The position numbers and the translations under genes are program-made. DNA of 64,000 bases, from positions 239,701 to 303,700 of the forward strand of contig OZ246397.1 of assembly GCA_965230945.1 (NCBI GenBank), given 5' to 3'. This stretch comes from an uncultured Gammaproteobacteria bacterium. GTDB lineage: Bacteria > Patescibacteriota > Microgenomatia > PFEM01 > JAPLYW01. Of the stretch, positions 18,026 through 26,921 are shown in pieces. How positions within the stretch are numbered: position 1 is the first letter of the stretch; every line of letters starts with the position of its first letter. The notes under the pieces are model-generated. The model did not search any database and was not told where the DNA came from. It saw only the letters and a list, made by a program, of their open reading frames with translations.

Positions 18026-19051
18026 TTAATTAATTAAATCGTTTAATATTCGCCATCTCCTTTTTTTCTCAGAAGGAGAAACATTATCTTTTAAACGATA
18101 AGCACTTGTCCCAGGACGTGGTGAATATTTAGAAATAAAAGCTCTATCAAAACCAATTTCCCGACAAAGTTTAAGCGTATTCTTAAATTGTTTTTCACTT
18201 TCTCCTGGAAAACCAACAATAATATCTGTGCCAATCTTTATATCGGGAATCTTTTCCCTAATTTTTCTAACCAAAGCAAGATATTCTTTAGTTTTATAAT
18301 GACGATTCATCTTCTTCAAAATCTCATCATCTCCTGACTGCACCGGTAAATGTAAATAACGATCAATCTTAGATAAGCTCATGGCTTCAATGATCTCATC
18401 ACTTAAATCCCAAGGATTAGATGTCAAAAAGGAAATCTTCTCAATTCCTTTAATCTTATGAACTTCTTTAAGTAAATTAGCAAAAGACTTTCCTGTTTTA
18501 TCTTCACCATAAGAATTAACATTTTGACCTAATAAAACAATTTCTTTACAACCCTCTTTAGCTAATCTCTCCACCTCACAAACAATCTCATTTAATACTA
18601 AACTTTCTTCCTTTCCTCGCCCATAAGGAACAACACAGTAAGAACAAAAATTATTACACCCTCTCATAATCGGCACTAGAGCAGAAGTTTTCTTCTTTCT
18701 TTTGGGAGGAAGAGAATTAATCAATTCCTTAATAAGCTTAAATTCATCAACTTCAGGCAATTTCTTTTTTAATTCCGCCAAACTATAACGACGTCTTTCT
18801 TCTCTGGCAGAACCAACCATACAGCCAGTTAAAATAATATGAGGGGGTTTCTTTAACTTATTTAAATTATTAACCAAGCCAAAAACACGATTTTCTGCTG
18901 ATTCTCGCACCGAACAACTATTAATAATCACCAAATCAGCCGATTCTATCTTAGAAGCCAACAAATATCCTTTCTTTTCCAAAACAGCAACTATCTTCTC
19001 TGAATCTGCCTCATTCATCTGACAACCAAAAGTCTTAATAAAATATTTCAT
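18026..19051 (-). CDS. miaB: MiaB-like tRNA methylthiotransferase lacking the TRAM domain
   Basis: TFGCQMN, NSCSVR, GCNNFCSYC, TDIIVGFPGE, YSPRPGT. Confidence 0.85.
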   Translation of the reverse strand: MKYFIKTFGCQMNEADSEKIVAVLEKKGYLLASKIESADLVIINSCSVRESAENRVFGLVNNLNKLKKPPHIILTGCMVGSAREERRRYSLAELKKKLPEVDEFKLIKELINSLPPKRKKKTSALVPIMRGCNNFCSYCVVPYGRGKEESLVLNEIVCEVERLAKEGCKEIVLLGQNVNSYGEDKTGKSFANLLKEVHKIKGIEKISFLTSNPWDLSDEIIEAMSLSKIDRYLHLPVQSGDDEILKKMNRHYKTKEYLALVRKIREKIPDIKIGTDIIVGFPGESEKQFKNTLKLCREIGFDRAFISKYSPRPGTSAYRLKDNVSPSEKKRRWRILNDLIN

Positions 19052-19161
19052 AGCCTATATTTTAACCTATTTTTGAAGCTAAAGTAAGGAGAAAATGAAA
19101 ATTGATAAATATATTAAAGAATATATGCATAAGTTTGTCTATTTTCTGTTAAAATAGAGGC

Positions 19162-20112
19162 ATGCAAAAAAGTTCTCTTAAGTATAATTGTGATTGGCTA
19201 AAAAATCAGCTCAAAATTAACTCTCCCCAAATAGCCTCCCGGCTAGAAAATTTTATCAAGGAATACACAAAAAAGTTAGAAAGAGAAGGCATTGTTTTAG
19301 GTCTTTCCGGAGGCATCGATTCGGCAGTAGTCGCCGCTTTATGCACCAAAGCTGTAGGCCCAGAAAAAGTCTTGGCTTTAATTCTCCCCGATAAAGACTC
19401 AAGAAAAGAACATCTAAAAGACGCCCTAAAACTTGCCAATCAATTAAAAATTCAAAAAAAAATAATTAATATTACCTCTTTGGTTAAAAAATTCGGTGCT
19501 CATAAACTTTTCTTTTTAAACAAATTTCCTCTCCCAAAAAAATTAAAAGGAAACTTAATCAAAAAATTTTATCACTTTTATGAAAAAAAATCGGGCTACA
19601 CCCCTTTTTCTGACTCGCTTTTAGGATTTAAGGACAAAAATTACTCTTCTTGGTTGAAAAGAGGTAATGCTTACTACCGAATAAAACACCGTATAAGAAT
19701 GACTCTTTTATATCTTTATGCTGAGCAAGAAAACCGATTAGTAGTGGGGGCAACCAATAAAACAGAATCCAAGATCGGTTTTTTTGTTAAACATGGCTGC
19801 GATGATGCGGCTGATATCATGCCTCTTTTGGGTCTTTATAAAACGCAAGTCAAACAATTAGCTTCATTTTTAAAAATTCCTAAAGAAATCATCAATAAAC
19901 CTCCTTCCCCAGATATTATCCCAGGGATTGTAGATGAAGAAGCGATTGGCATAACCTACGAAAAACTCGATTTTATTTTAAAAAGTTTAGAGTTAACTTG
20001 GCCAGAAAGTAAAATTGCAACAATTTTAAAAATAAAGAAAAATGAAGTAGAAAAAGTGAGGAAATTAAAAGAAAAATCAGAACATATGCGTCGAGTATTT
20101 ACTCCAGTTTAA
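19162..20112 (+). CDS. nadE: NH3-dependent NAD(+) synthetase
   Basis: LGLSGGIDS, NKTE, K.G.D, YKTQV, KPPSPD; no glutaminase domain. Confidence 0.88.
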   Translation: MQKSSLKYNCDWLKNQLKINSPQIASRLENFIKEYTKKLEREGIVLGLSGGIDSAVVAALCTKAVGPEKVLALILPDKDSRKEHLKDALKLANQLKIQKKIINITSLVKKFGAHKLFFLNKFPLPKKLKGNLIKKFYHFYEKKSGYTPFSDSLLGFKDKNYSSWLKRGNAYYRIKHRIRMTLLYLYAEQENRLVVGATNKTESKIGFFVKHGCDDAADIMPLLGLYKTQVKQLASFLKIPKEIINKPPSPDIIPGIVDEEAIGITYEKLDFILKSLELTWPESKIATILKIKKNEVEKVRKLKEKSEHMRRVFTPV

Positions 20113-20179
20113 TTAAATCGCAAGGAACATCAATGCCTATATTATAAGCCTAAATTATGCTCATTTAGAGTATAACAGA

Positions 20180-20452
20180 TTAACGAACAGCTTTCTTTAG
20201 AGGTTTGCCTGCAGAAAAACGAGGAGCACGATGGCTTTTAACAAGCCTTTTCTCACCACTTCCAGGGATAACAACCGATTTATCCTTAACCCTAACTACC
20301 TTAAATGTTCCAAAGCCTGATAAAACAACTTTCTCTCCTTTGGCTAAAGCTCTAGAGATCTCAGCTAAAAAAACTTCAACTAGTTCTTCGGCAGCCTTTT
20401 TAGTGGAATGAGCCTTACTGGCTACAAGGCTAATAAGATCCTTCTTAGTCAT
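20180..20452 (-). CDS. hup: HU family DNA-binding protein
   Basis: MTKKDLI...GEKVVLSGFGTF...PRFSAGKPLKKAV; start moved to ATG 20452. Confidence 0.9.
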   Translation of the reverse strand: MTKKDLISLVASKAHSTKKAAEELVEVFLAEISRALAKGEKVVLSGFGTFKVVRVKDKSVVIPGSGEKRLVKSHRAPRFSAGKPLKKAVR

Positions 20453-20459
20453 AGAAGCA

Positions 20460-20488
20460 ATTCTACTACAAAGATAAACCCTTGTCAA
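20460..20488 (-). promoter_or_regulatory. hup promoter (leaderless)
   Basis: TTGACA-17 nt-TAGAAT-7 nt-ATG. Confidence 0.8.
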
Positions 20489-20490
20489 AG

Positions 20491-21891
20491 CTATTTGGCT
20501 TTGGTGACATCACTCTTGCGGACTTCCCTGATACAGGTAACCTTTATCTGTCCGGCATAAGAGGCCTTTTCTTCTAAAGCTTTGGTAATTTTATCGGCTA
20601 AGACTACTAACTCATCATCAGAAACTTCTTCTGGCTTTACCATTACCCTGACGTCCCTTCCGGCTTGATAAGCAAAGACTTCCTTAATTCCTGGAAACTG
20701 ACCAGCTATCTCCTCTATCTGAGACATATGTTCCACGTATTCCTCATGAGGTTCATACCTGGCTCCAGGCCTTGAACCTGAAGCAGCATCAGCAATCCAA
20801 ACAACTCTTGATTCTGCTGAAGAAAAAGGCTTGTCTTCATGATGCTCAGCAATACAAGCTACCACTTTTTCAGGCAGTCTGTATTTCCTGGCTAAATCAA
20901 CACCTAGTTGTACATGGGTACCTTCTTCTTCATTGACCACTTTACCAATATCATGAAGTAAACAACCTAAACGAACAATGTTTACATCAGCTCCCACTTC
21001 ATGGGCAATCTGAAGACCAATTTTAGTTTCCTCTAAGGTATGAATAATCATGTTTTGTCCATAAGAAAAGCGGAATTTAAAGCGGCCTAAAAGTTTTATT
21101 AATTCTGGATGGAGCCTGTAAACCTTAACCGCATGACAAAGCTTTTCTCCTTCTTCAAACATAATCTTTTCGACTTCCTTTTTGGTTTTTTCCACCACCT
21201 CTTCAATCCTTGACGGTTGAATACGTCTATCCTTAACTAATTTCTCAATAGAACGGCGGGCAATCTCTCTTCTTATTGAGTCAAATGAAGAAAGACGAAT
21301 GTCATTGGTCTCATCAATTTCAATCTCTACCCCGGTAGCTCTTTCAAAAGTACGGATATTCCTTCCTTCCCGACCAATAATTCTTCCCTTCATATCCTCA
21401 TCAGTAAGGTGAACACTAGAAACGGCGTATTCGGCCACCCAATCAGTTACTCCATGCTGGATGGACTCTACAAACATCTCTTTAGCTTTCTCATCAACCC
21501 TAGCTTTAATTTCATCTTTGGCCTCTTTTATCTTACGGGCAATATCTTCGGCAATTCTTTTTTCGATGGCTGATAAAATCAAATCACGAGCTTCTTTTTT
21601 AGTTAAAGCAGAAATCTTCTCTAGCTTATTAACTTCTTTCTTCCTAACCTCCTCAACTTCTTCTTTAAGTCTATCTAATTCTCCTTCTTTGTTCTTAAGA
21701 AGCTTTTCTCTTTCATCAAGAGCACCTTCTTTCCTTTCTAATTCTGTAATTTTAAAAGCCAGCTCTTTGGCTAATAATTTTTCAGAAGACTCTTTGGCCT
21801 TTTTACCGGCAGTTTTTCTTCCACCTTTTTTACTTTTTTCCTCTTCTTCTTTACTGATAACTTTGCTTAATAAAGTGTCAAAAATTCCCAT
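20491..21891 (-). CDS. rny: Ribonuclease Y
   Basis: Coiled coil, KH domain (KGRIIGREGRNIR), HD domain (LLHDIGK), SRPGAR. Confidence 0.93.
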   Translation of the reverse strand: MGIFDTLLSKVISKEEEEKSKKGGRKTAGKKAKESSEKLLAKELAFKITELERKEGALDEREKLLKNKEGELDRLKEEVEEVRKKEVNKLEKISALTKKEARDLILSAIEKRIAEDIARKIKEAKDEIKARVDEKAKEMFVESIQHGVTDWVAEYAVSSVHLTDEDMKGRIIGREGRNIRTFERATGVEIEIDETNDIRLSSFDSIRREIARRSIEKLVKDRRIQPSRIEEVVEKTKKEVEKIMFEEGEKLCHAVKVYRLHPELIKLLGRFKFRFSYGQNMIIHTLEETKIGLQIAHEVGADVNIVRLGCLLHDIGKVVNEEEGTHVQLGVDLARKYRLPEKVVACIAEHHEDKPFSSAESRVVWIADAASGSRPGARYEPHEEYVEHMSQIEEIAGQFPGIKEVFAYQAGRDVRVMVKPEEVSDDELVVLADKITKALEEKASYAGQIKVTCIREVRKSDVTKAK

Positions 21892-21924
21892 AATAATATC
21901 CCTTTTTTAATATAAATAATATTT

Positions 21925-22044
21925 CTTAATGTCTGAGAAAATAATACAAAAACAGAAAGATTAAAGAATCTTTATCAGTAGATTATTGTGGATAACTATT
22001 TCTTTTTTCATCTATTAATAAACCAATATTTTTCAGACACTAAG
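21925..22044 (-). ncRNA. Candidate structured 5' leader of rny
   Basis: 18-bp outer stem (22027-22044 with 21925-21943) enclosing inner hairpins; promoter TTGATG-17-TAAAAT at 22089-22061. Confidence 0.6.
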
Positions 22045-22063
22045 GTTATTAACAACTATCATT

Positions 22064-22546
22064 TTACTGCTTTTTTAAAGTTTCATCAAGTACTCTTTTA
22101 ATCACCTCATAAGAAAAACCTCTTCTCAGTAAAAAATCATTCATCTTTTTCCTCTCTTTTAAAGGAGACAAGTCTTGTAAAGATTTACTTTTCTTCTTTA
22201 ATGCTTTTCTGGCTAAAGGCAGTTCATCAATATTCCCCTTAACCATCTCATCAATTAATTCTTTATCAATTCCTTTTTGCAACAACTCTAAAACCAGCAG
22301 TCTTTCCCCGCGTGGCCGAAAACTAGCCCTTTGCTCCAACCACCAGCTAACAAACTCTTTATCGCCAACTAAGCCTAAAGATTTTAATTCAATCAAAACA
22401 ACCCCACACAACTGACTATTTTTAGGATTTTTTTTATAAAGATAGTCTTTTATTTCTTTCTCACTGCGGGGGCGAAAGGAGATAAATCTAATTGCCTTAT
22501 CTAAAAGCTTTTGAAGTTTAACTATTGCTTTTTTGCTTTCTTCCAA
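22064..22546 (-). CDS. recX: Regulatory protein RecX
   Basis: [25 protein letters not shown]; directly downstream of recA. Confidence 0.9.
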   Translation of the reverse strand: MEESKKAIVKLQKLLDKAIRFISFRPRSEKEIKDYLYKKNPKNSQLCGVVLIELKSLGLVGDKEFVSWWLEQRASFRPRGERLLVLELLQKGIDKELIDEMVKGNIDELPLARKALKKKSKSLQDLSPLKERKKMNDFLLRRGFSYEVIKRVLDETLKKQ

Positions 22547-23520
22547 ATTTCTGCCTCAAGTTGTTTAGTTAACTTAGGATTCTCATCTAGAAACATCCTC
22601 GCGGCCTCCTTGCCTTGACAAGTCATCTGCTTACCATATTTATAAAAAGCTCCGGATTTCTCAACGATTCCTAAGTTAACGGCCACGTTTAAAATGTCAG
22701 CGTTCTTAGAAATACCAGCATTATTTAAAATATCAAACTCTGCTTCCCTAAAAGGCGGCGCCATCTTGTTTTTCTTAACCCTAACTCGATGACGAGAACC
22801 AATGGCCAATTCTCCTTCTTTGATAGTTTCTATCTTTCTTATATCCAGTCTCATTGAAGAATAAAATTTTAAGGCTAAACCACCAGGAGTCGTTTCTGGG
22901 TTACCAAACATAACTCCAATTTTATGACGCAACTGATTAGTAAAAATAACGGCTGTTTTTGATTTAGAAATGGCGGCTGTTAATTTCCGTAAAGCCTGAG
23001 ACATTAACCTTGCTTGAACTCCAATCATGGCATCACCCATTTCGCCTTCAATCTCAGCCCGAGGAACCAAGGCAGCTACAGAATCAATAACAACTAAATC
23101 AATACCTCCAGATCTAACCAAGGTCTCAACAATCTCTAGAGCTTGCTCTCCAGTATCTGGCTGGGAAATTAAAAGCTCATCTAGATTAACCCCTAGGACT
23201 TCTGCCCAAGTGGGATCTAAAGCATGCTCAGCATCAACAAAAGCAGCCACTCCGCCTGCCTTTTGTGTCTGAGCAATAGCACTTAAAGACAAAGAAGTTT
23301 TTCCAGAAGCTTCTGGACCAAAAATTTCAATAACTCGACCTCGAGGAAAACCACCAATACCTAAAGCAATATCTAAAGAAATAGCACCTGTAGGAATAAT
23401 ATCAACTTTTCTAACAGCCGCTTTTTCACCCAGCCTCATAATAGAACCTTTACCGTATTGTTTTTCAATTTGCTCCATGGCCATTTTCACTGCCTGAAGT
23501 TTAGGATCTTGTTGACTCAT
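22522..23520 (-). CDS. recA: Recombinase A
   Basis: [27 protein letters not shown]. Confidence 0.98.
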   Translation of the reverse strand: MSQQDPKLQAVKMAMEQIEKQYGKGSIMRLGEKAAVRKVDIIPTGAISLDIALGIGGFPRGRVIEIFGPEASGKTSLSLSAIAQTQKAGGVAAFVDAEHALDPTWAEVLGVNLDELLISQPDTGEQALEIVETLVRSGGIDLVVIDSVAALVPRAEIEGEMGDAMIGVQARLMSQALRKLTAAISKSKTAVIFTNQLRHKIGVMFGNPETTPGGLALKFYSSMRLDIRKIETIKEGELAIGSRHRVRVKKNKMAPPFREAEFDILNNAGISKNADILNVAVNLGIVEKSGAFYKYGKQMTCQGKEAARMFLDENPKLTKQLEAEIWKKAKKQ

Positions 23521-23575
23521 AACAATATAATTTTGTCATAAAGTCTGCTAAAATACAATATATAAATAAGCACAA

Positions 23576-23648
23576 CGGGATGTGGCGCAGTTGGTAGCGC
23601 GCGCTCGTGGGGCGGGCGAGGTCCCGGGTTCGAATCCCGGCATCCCGA
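23576..23648 (+). tRNA. tRNA-Pro (anticodon GGG); CCA end not encoded
   Basis: Cloverleaf: acceptor CGGGATG/CATCCCG, D arm GCGC/GCGC, anticodon arm CGCTC-GTGGGGC-GGGCG, T arm CCGGG-TTCGAAT-CCCGG. Confidence 0.95.
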
Positions 23649-23712
23649 CTAATCTAAACATTTTAATTTTTACTTCTTGCAATCTTCGGGTTTTATTCAG
23701 TAAAATTAACTT

Positions 23713-24564
23713 ATGTCATTAATTGAAATAAGTTGTTCATTTTGCAACAAAAAATATCTAAGACCAAGCGGAAGAGTAAATGAGGCTAAAAAATTCAACT
23801 GGAGACACTACTGTTCTCCGAAATGTCTAAGTTTAGGCAGAAACAAACAAAAAACTTTTAAATGTGGCAATCCAAAATGTCATAAAACTTTTAAAAGAAT
23901 ACCTAGTGAAATTCCTTTCTCAGGAATTTGTTTTTGTTCAAGATCATGTAGGGCTATTATTAATAATTCAAAATCTCCTAAAAGGCGTCCTAAAATAAGA
24001 ATATGCCCTTATTGTGGAAAACAGTTTACCGGTAAAAGAAAATACTGTTCAAGATTATGCCAACCTAAACCTCCAAAAGTACCTGAAAAACAAATAATTA
24101 AAGAAATAGAAGAATTCTATAAAAACAACGGGAGAATTCCAGTTAAAAGAGAATATTGTCATTACAAAGCAGCCAGATCACGTTTTGGAACATGGAATAA
24201 AGCTATAAAAAAAGCTGGTTTCTGCCCAAATCCAGTTTTATTTGCTAAAAAGCATATTGCTAATGATGGCCATAAATGTGATTCACTCTCAGAAAAAATA
24301 ATTGATGATTGGTTAACAGCAAGAAAAATACCTCATCAAAAAAATGTTTTTTATCCAAATTCTAAATATACGGTTGATTTCAAAGTAAATGAGATCTTTA
24401 TTGAATTTTTTGGTTTGTATGGCGATTTTAAAAAATATGACAAACAAGTACAGAAGAAAATAAACTTCACTAAAAATAATCATTTAAAACTTATCTCTAT
24501 TTATCCAAAAGATTTGTTCCCAAAACCTCGACTTAATTATGTTTTATATGATTTAATTAAATAG
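23713..24564 (+). CDS. Zn-finger-repeat protein with homing-endonuclease-associated repeat and C-terminal PD-(D/E)XK-like nuclease
   Basis: Three Cx2-4C...(Y/F)CSxxC units; RFGTWNKAIKKAG; CDSLSEKIIDDWL...VDF...IEFFG. Confidence 0.65.
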   Translation: MSLIEISCSFCNKKYLRPSGRVNEAKKFNWRHYCSPKCLSLGRNKQKTFKCGNPKCHKTFKRIPSEIPFSGICFCSRSCRAIINNSKSPKRRPKIRICPYCGKQFTGKRKYCSRLCQPKPPKVPEKQIIKEIEEFYKNNGRIPVKREYCHYKAARSRFGTWNKAIKKAGFCPNPVLFAKKHIANDGHKCDSLSEKIIDDWLTARKIPHQKNVFYPNSKYTVDFKVNEIFIEFFGLYGDFKKYDKQVQKKINFTKNNHLKLISIYPKDLFPKPRLNYVLYDLIK

Positions 24565-24570
24565 AGTAAC

Positions 24571-25539
24571 ATGAAGCTTGATAAGAAAGAAACTTTTTCA
24601 CTTTATCCCACCCCCCTTCATTTTGATGGAACTTTTTATAAACCGGGACATTTCCCAACTAGCGATACAAAATGGAAATCAGGCAAGAGATGGCAAACAA
24701 TGTTATGGGAGAGAGAAAAGTTGGGACTAATATTCGAAGATAAGGGCACTAAACATAAACCAAAAGTAGTCGTAAAGCTTTTTTCTTCCAAGAATTTAAC
24801 ACCAAAATTTTTAGATTCATTCAGACAGGAAATTATCTGGCGATATAATCTCAATCTCGATCTTTCTGGATTTTATCATGATGTTGGTAAAGATTCTTTA
24901 TTAAAACCAATCATTAGAAAGTTTCGGGGTCTGCGACCTATGCACTCGGGTTCACTTTACGAGTATTTGATTATCGCTATTGTTTTACAAAACGCCACTG
25001 TCAGAAGAAGCGTAAATATGATGCAATCCCTTTTTGAAAATTATGGAAGCTTGCTGGAATTTGATAATCAGAAATTTTGGTGTTTTTGGGAACCAGAGAC
25101 ACTGGCGGGAACCAAAGAACAGAGCTTACGAGATTTAAAGATGGGTTATCGAGCAAAATCTTTAATTAAAGTTTCAGAACCGTTTGCAGAAGGGAAAATT
25201 GACGAATTGGAGTTAAGACAAAAAAACACAGAAGAACAAAAGGAAACTCTTGTATCTCTTTACGGAATTGGCCCTGCCTCGGTTGGTTATATTATGTTTG
25301 ATGTTTTCCATCGCTGGGATTATTTGGATCATATCTCGCCTTGGGAACAAAAGATTTACACCAAAATTTTTTTCAATAAAGATTATGAAAAAAACTTAGT
25401 GCCGGTTAATAAAATGCTTAAACATTTTGATAAATGGGGAAGGTGGAAAAATCTGGCGGTTCATTATGTTTGGGAAGACATCTGGTGGAAAAGAAAAAAT
25501 GAACATATTCCGTGGTTAGAAAAAGAAATCAGGATTTAA
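24571..25539 (+). CDS. HhH-GPD superfamily DNA glycosylase (AlkA/Ogg-like)
   Basis: YEYLIIAIVLQN, LKMGYRAK, and helix-hairpin-helix LYGIGPAS. Confidence 0.75.
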   Translation: MKLDKKETFSLYPTPLHFDGTFYKPGHFPTSDTKWKSGKRWQTMLWEREKLGLIFEDKGTKHKPKVVVKLFSSKNLTPKFLDSFRQEIIWRYNLNLDLSGFYHDVGKDSLLKPIIRKFRGLRPMHSGSLYEYLIIAIVLQNATVRRSVNMMQSLFENYGSLLEFDNQKFWCFWEPETLAGTKEQSLRDLKMGYRAKSLIKVSEPFAEGKIDELELRQKNTEEQKETLVSLYGIGPASVGYIMFDVFHRWDYLDHISPWEQKIYTKIFFNKDYEKNLVPVNKMLKHFDKWGRWKNLAVHYVWEDIWWKRKNEHIPWLEKEIRI

Positions 25540-25608
25540 TTTTAAGCGACAATCTGATAAATTAAAAAATGATAGTACTAAAATTGGATTAAAAACAAAG
25601 TGTAAAGA

Positions 25609-26043
25609 CTAACGCTTCGGAGACTGCTTCTTTGCTCTAGCTTTACCACCCTGACCAACTTTTCTTCTTTCTTTAGCCCTTGGGTCCCTGGTAAGAAGTC
25701 CGTGTTTCTTGAGAATCACATGATAGGTTTCTTTATTCTCTTTGTCTAAAGCTCTGGAAAATGCATGAATAACAGCCCCTAGCTGAGCATTTTTTCCTGA
25801 ACCTTTTACTTTTATGGTCGCGTAATATTTACCTAAAGTATCTGTAACCTTAAAAGGTTCTAGATAAAAATATTCAGCTTCTTTTCCTGGAAAGTATTCT
25901 TCAATGGGCTTGCTATTAACAACCATTTTGCCCTTGCCCTTAAACAGCCTCAATCTGGCTACGGCTGTTTTTCTTCTTCCCAAAGCATGGATGAATTTTT
26001 TCTTACTCTTCTTTACTTTAGTTGCTTTTTCTTTTTTCTTCAT
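25609..26043 (-). CDS. rpsI: 30S ribosomal protein S9
   Basis: GRRKTAVAR, LLTRDPR, QSPKR. Confidence 0.96.
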   Translation of the reverse strand: MKKKEKATKVKKSKKKFIHALGRRKTAVARLRLFKGKGKMVVNSKPIEEYFPGKEAEYFYLEPFKVTDTLGKYYATIKVKGSGKNAQLGAVIHAFSRALDKENKETYHVILKKHGLLTRDPRAKERRKVGQGGKARAKKQSPKR

Positions 26044-26483
26044 TTTTTATCTTTTTCTTTCTTTGTCTTAAATTTATCTTCATATGTATGTTTATCATCT
26101 TTAAAGATTTTTAATCTGGCCATTCTTTTATCTCTTAATTTATTTTTAGGCAACATGCCAAAGACGGCATGCTGAATAATCTTCCTTGGATCTTTATTCA
26201 TCTGCTCTTCAAAAGTAACTTCTCTAAAGCCTCCTGGATATCCTGAATGACGATAATAAACCTTCTTTTTAAACTTGTTCCCGCTTACCTTAACTTTTTT
26301 GGCGTTAATGACAACTACATGATCGCCACAATCAAGATAGTTGACAAAATAAGGCTTGTTTTTACCCATTAAAAGACCAGCAATCTTAACCGCTGATCTG
26401 CCTAAAATCTGATTTTTGACATCAAACAAATGCCATTCTCTCTGGATCTCTTTTGCTTTGGTTGCTTTAGTTTTGAAAGTCAT
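26040..26483 (-). CDS. rplM: 50S ribosomal protein L13
   Basis: LMGKNKP, DCGDHVVVINA, HSGYPGG. Confidence 0.96.
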   Translation of the reverse strand: MTFKTKATKAKEIQREWHLFDVKNQILGRSAVKIAGLLMGKNKPYFVNYLDCGDHVVVINAKKVKVSGNKFKKKVYYRHSGYPGGFREVTFEEQMNKDPRKIIQHAVFGMLPKNKLRDKRMARLKIFKDDKHTYEDKFKTKKEKDKK

Positions 26484-26486
26484 CTT

Positions 26487-26921
26487 TTACCTTTTAGCAG
26501 ATTCTTTAGTTGTTGTTTTCTTTCGGGGAGTTTCTTTTCCTTCCTTTTTTACTTCTTTTGCTTTTGGCTTCTCCACTAGCTCTATTTTTACCATTAAAGC
26601 ATCATCACCTCTTCGCCTGCCAATCTTTGTAATTTTGGTGAAACCGCTCTTCCTGTTTTTAAATAGAGGTGCCAGCTCATCAACGATTTTATTAACCGCC
26701 TTTTTGTTTTGCAGAAAAGCCGCAATTAGACGCCTGGCATGAAGAGTTTGTTTCTTACCTTTACTGATTAATTTATCAGTCAGCCCTTTTATGGACTTAG
26801 CCTTACTTTCGGTAGTCTTAATCTCGCCATGAAGGACAAGACTGTTAATTAAGCCCTTAAAAAGGGCTTTCCTTTGAGCTAAGTTCCTGGAAAGCTTTCT
26901 GCCTTTAACCCTATGCCTCAT
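26487..26921 (-). CDS. rplQ: 50S ribosomal protein L17
   Basis: MRHR..GRKLSR, IKTTESKAK; start at ATG 26921. Confidence 0.95.
   Translation of the reverse strand: MRHRVKGRKLSRNLAQRKALFKGLINSLVLHGEIKTTESKAKSIKGLTDKLISKGKKQTLHARRLIAAFLQNKKAVNKIVDELAPLFKNRKSGFTKITKIGRRRGDDALMVKIELVEKPKAKEVKKEGKETPRKKTTTKESAKR

Noticed and set aside
20113-20179. dif-like site (ATAA-N-TTATG) between nadE and hup
   Set aside because: The spacer is 7 bp rather than 6 and the XerD arm match is poor; it is better explained as a weak hairpin between convergent genes.
21987-22054. oriC suggested by a perfect DnaA box (TGTGGATAA, 21987-21995) and TTATTAACA
   Set aside because: Only one consensus box, no dnaA/dnaN nearby and no switch in gene orientation; a DnaA regulatory role is not excluded.
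25540-25608. attR duplication of the tRNA-Pro 3' end marking an integrative island
   Set aside because: No copy of the tRNA 3' sequence was found after the glycosylase gene.
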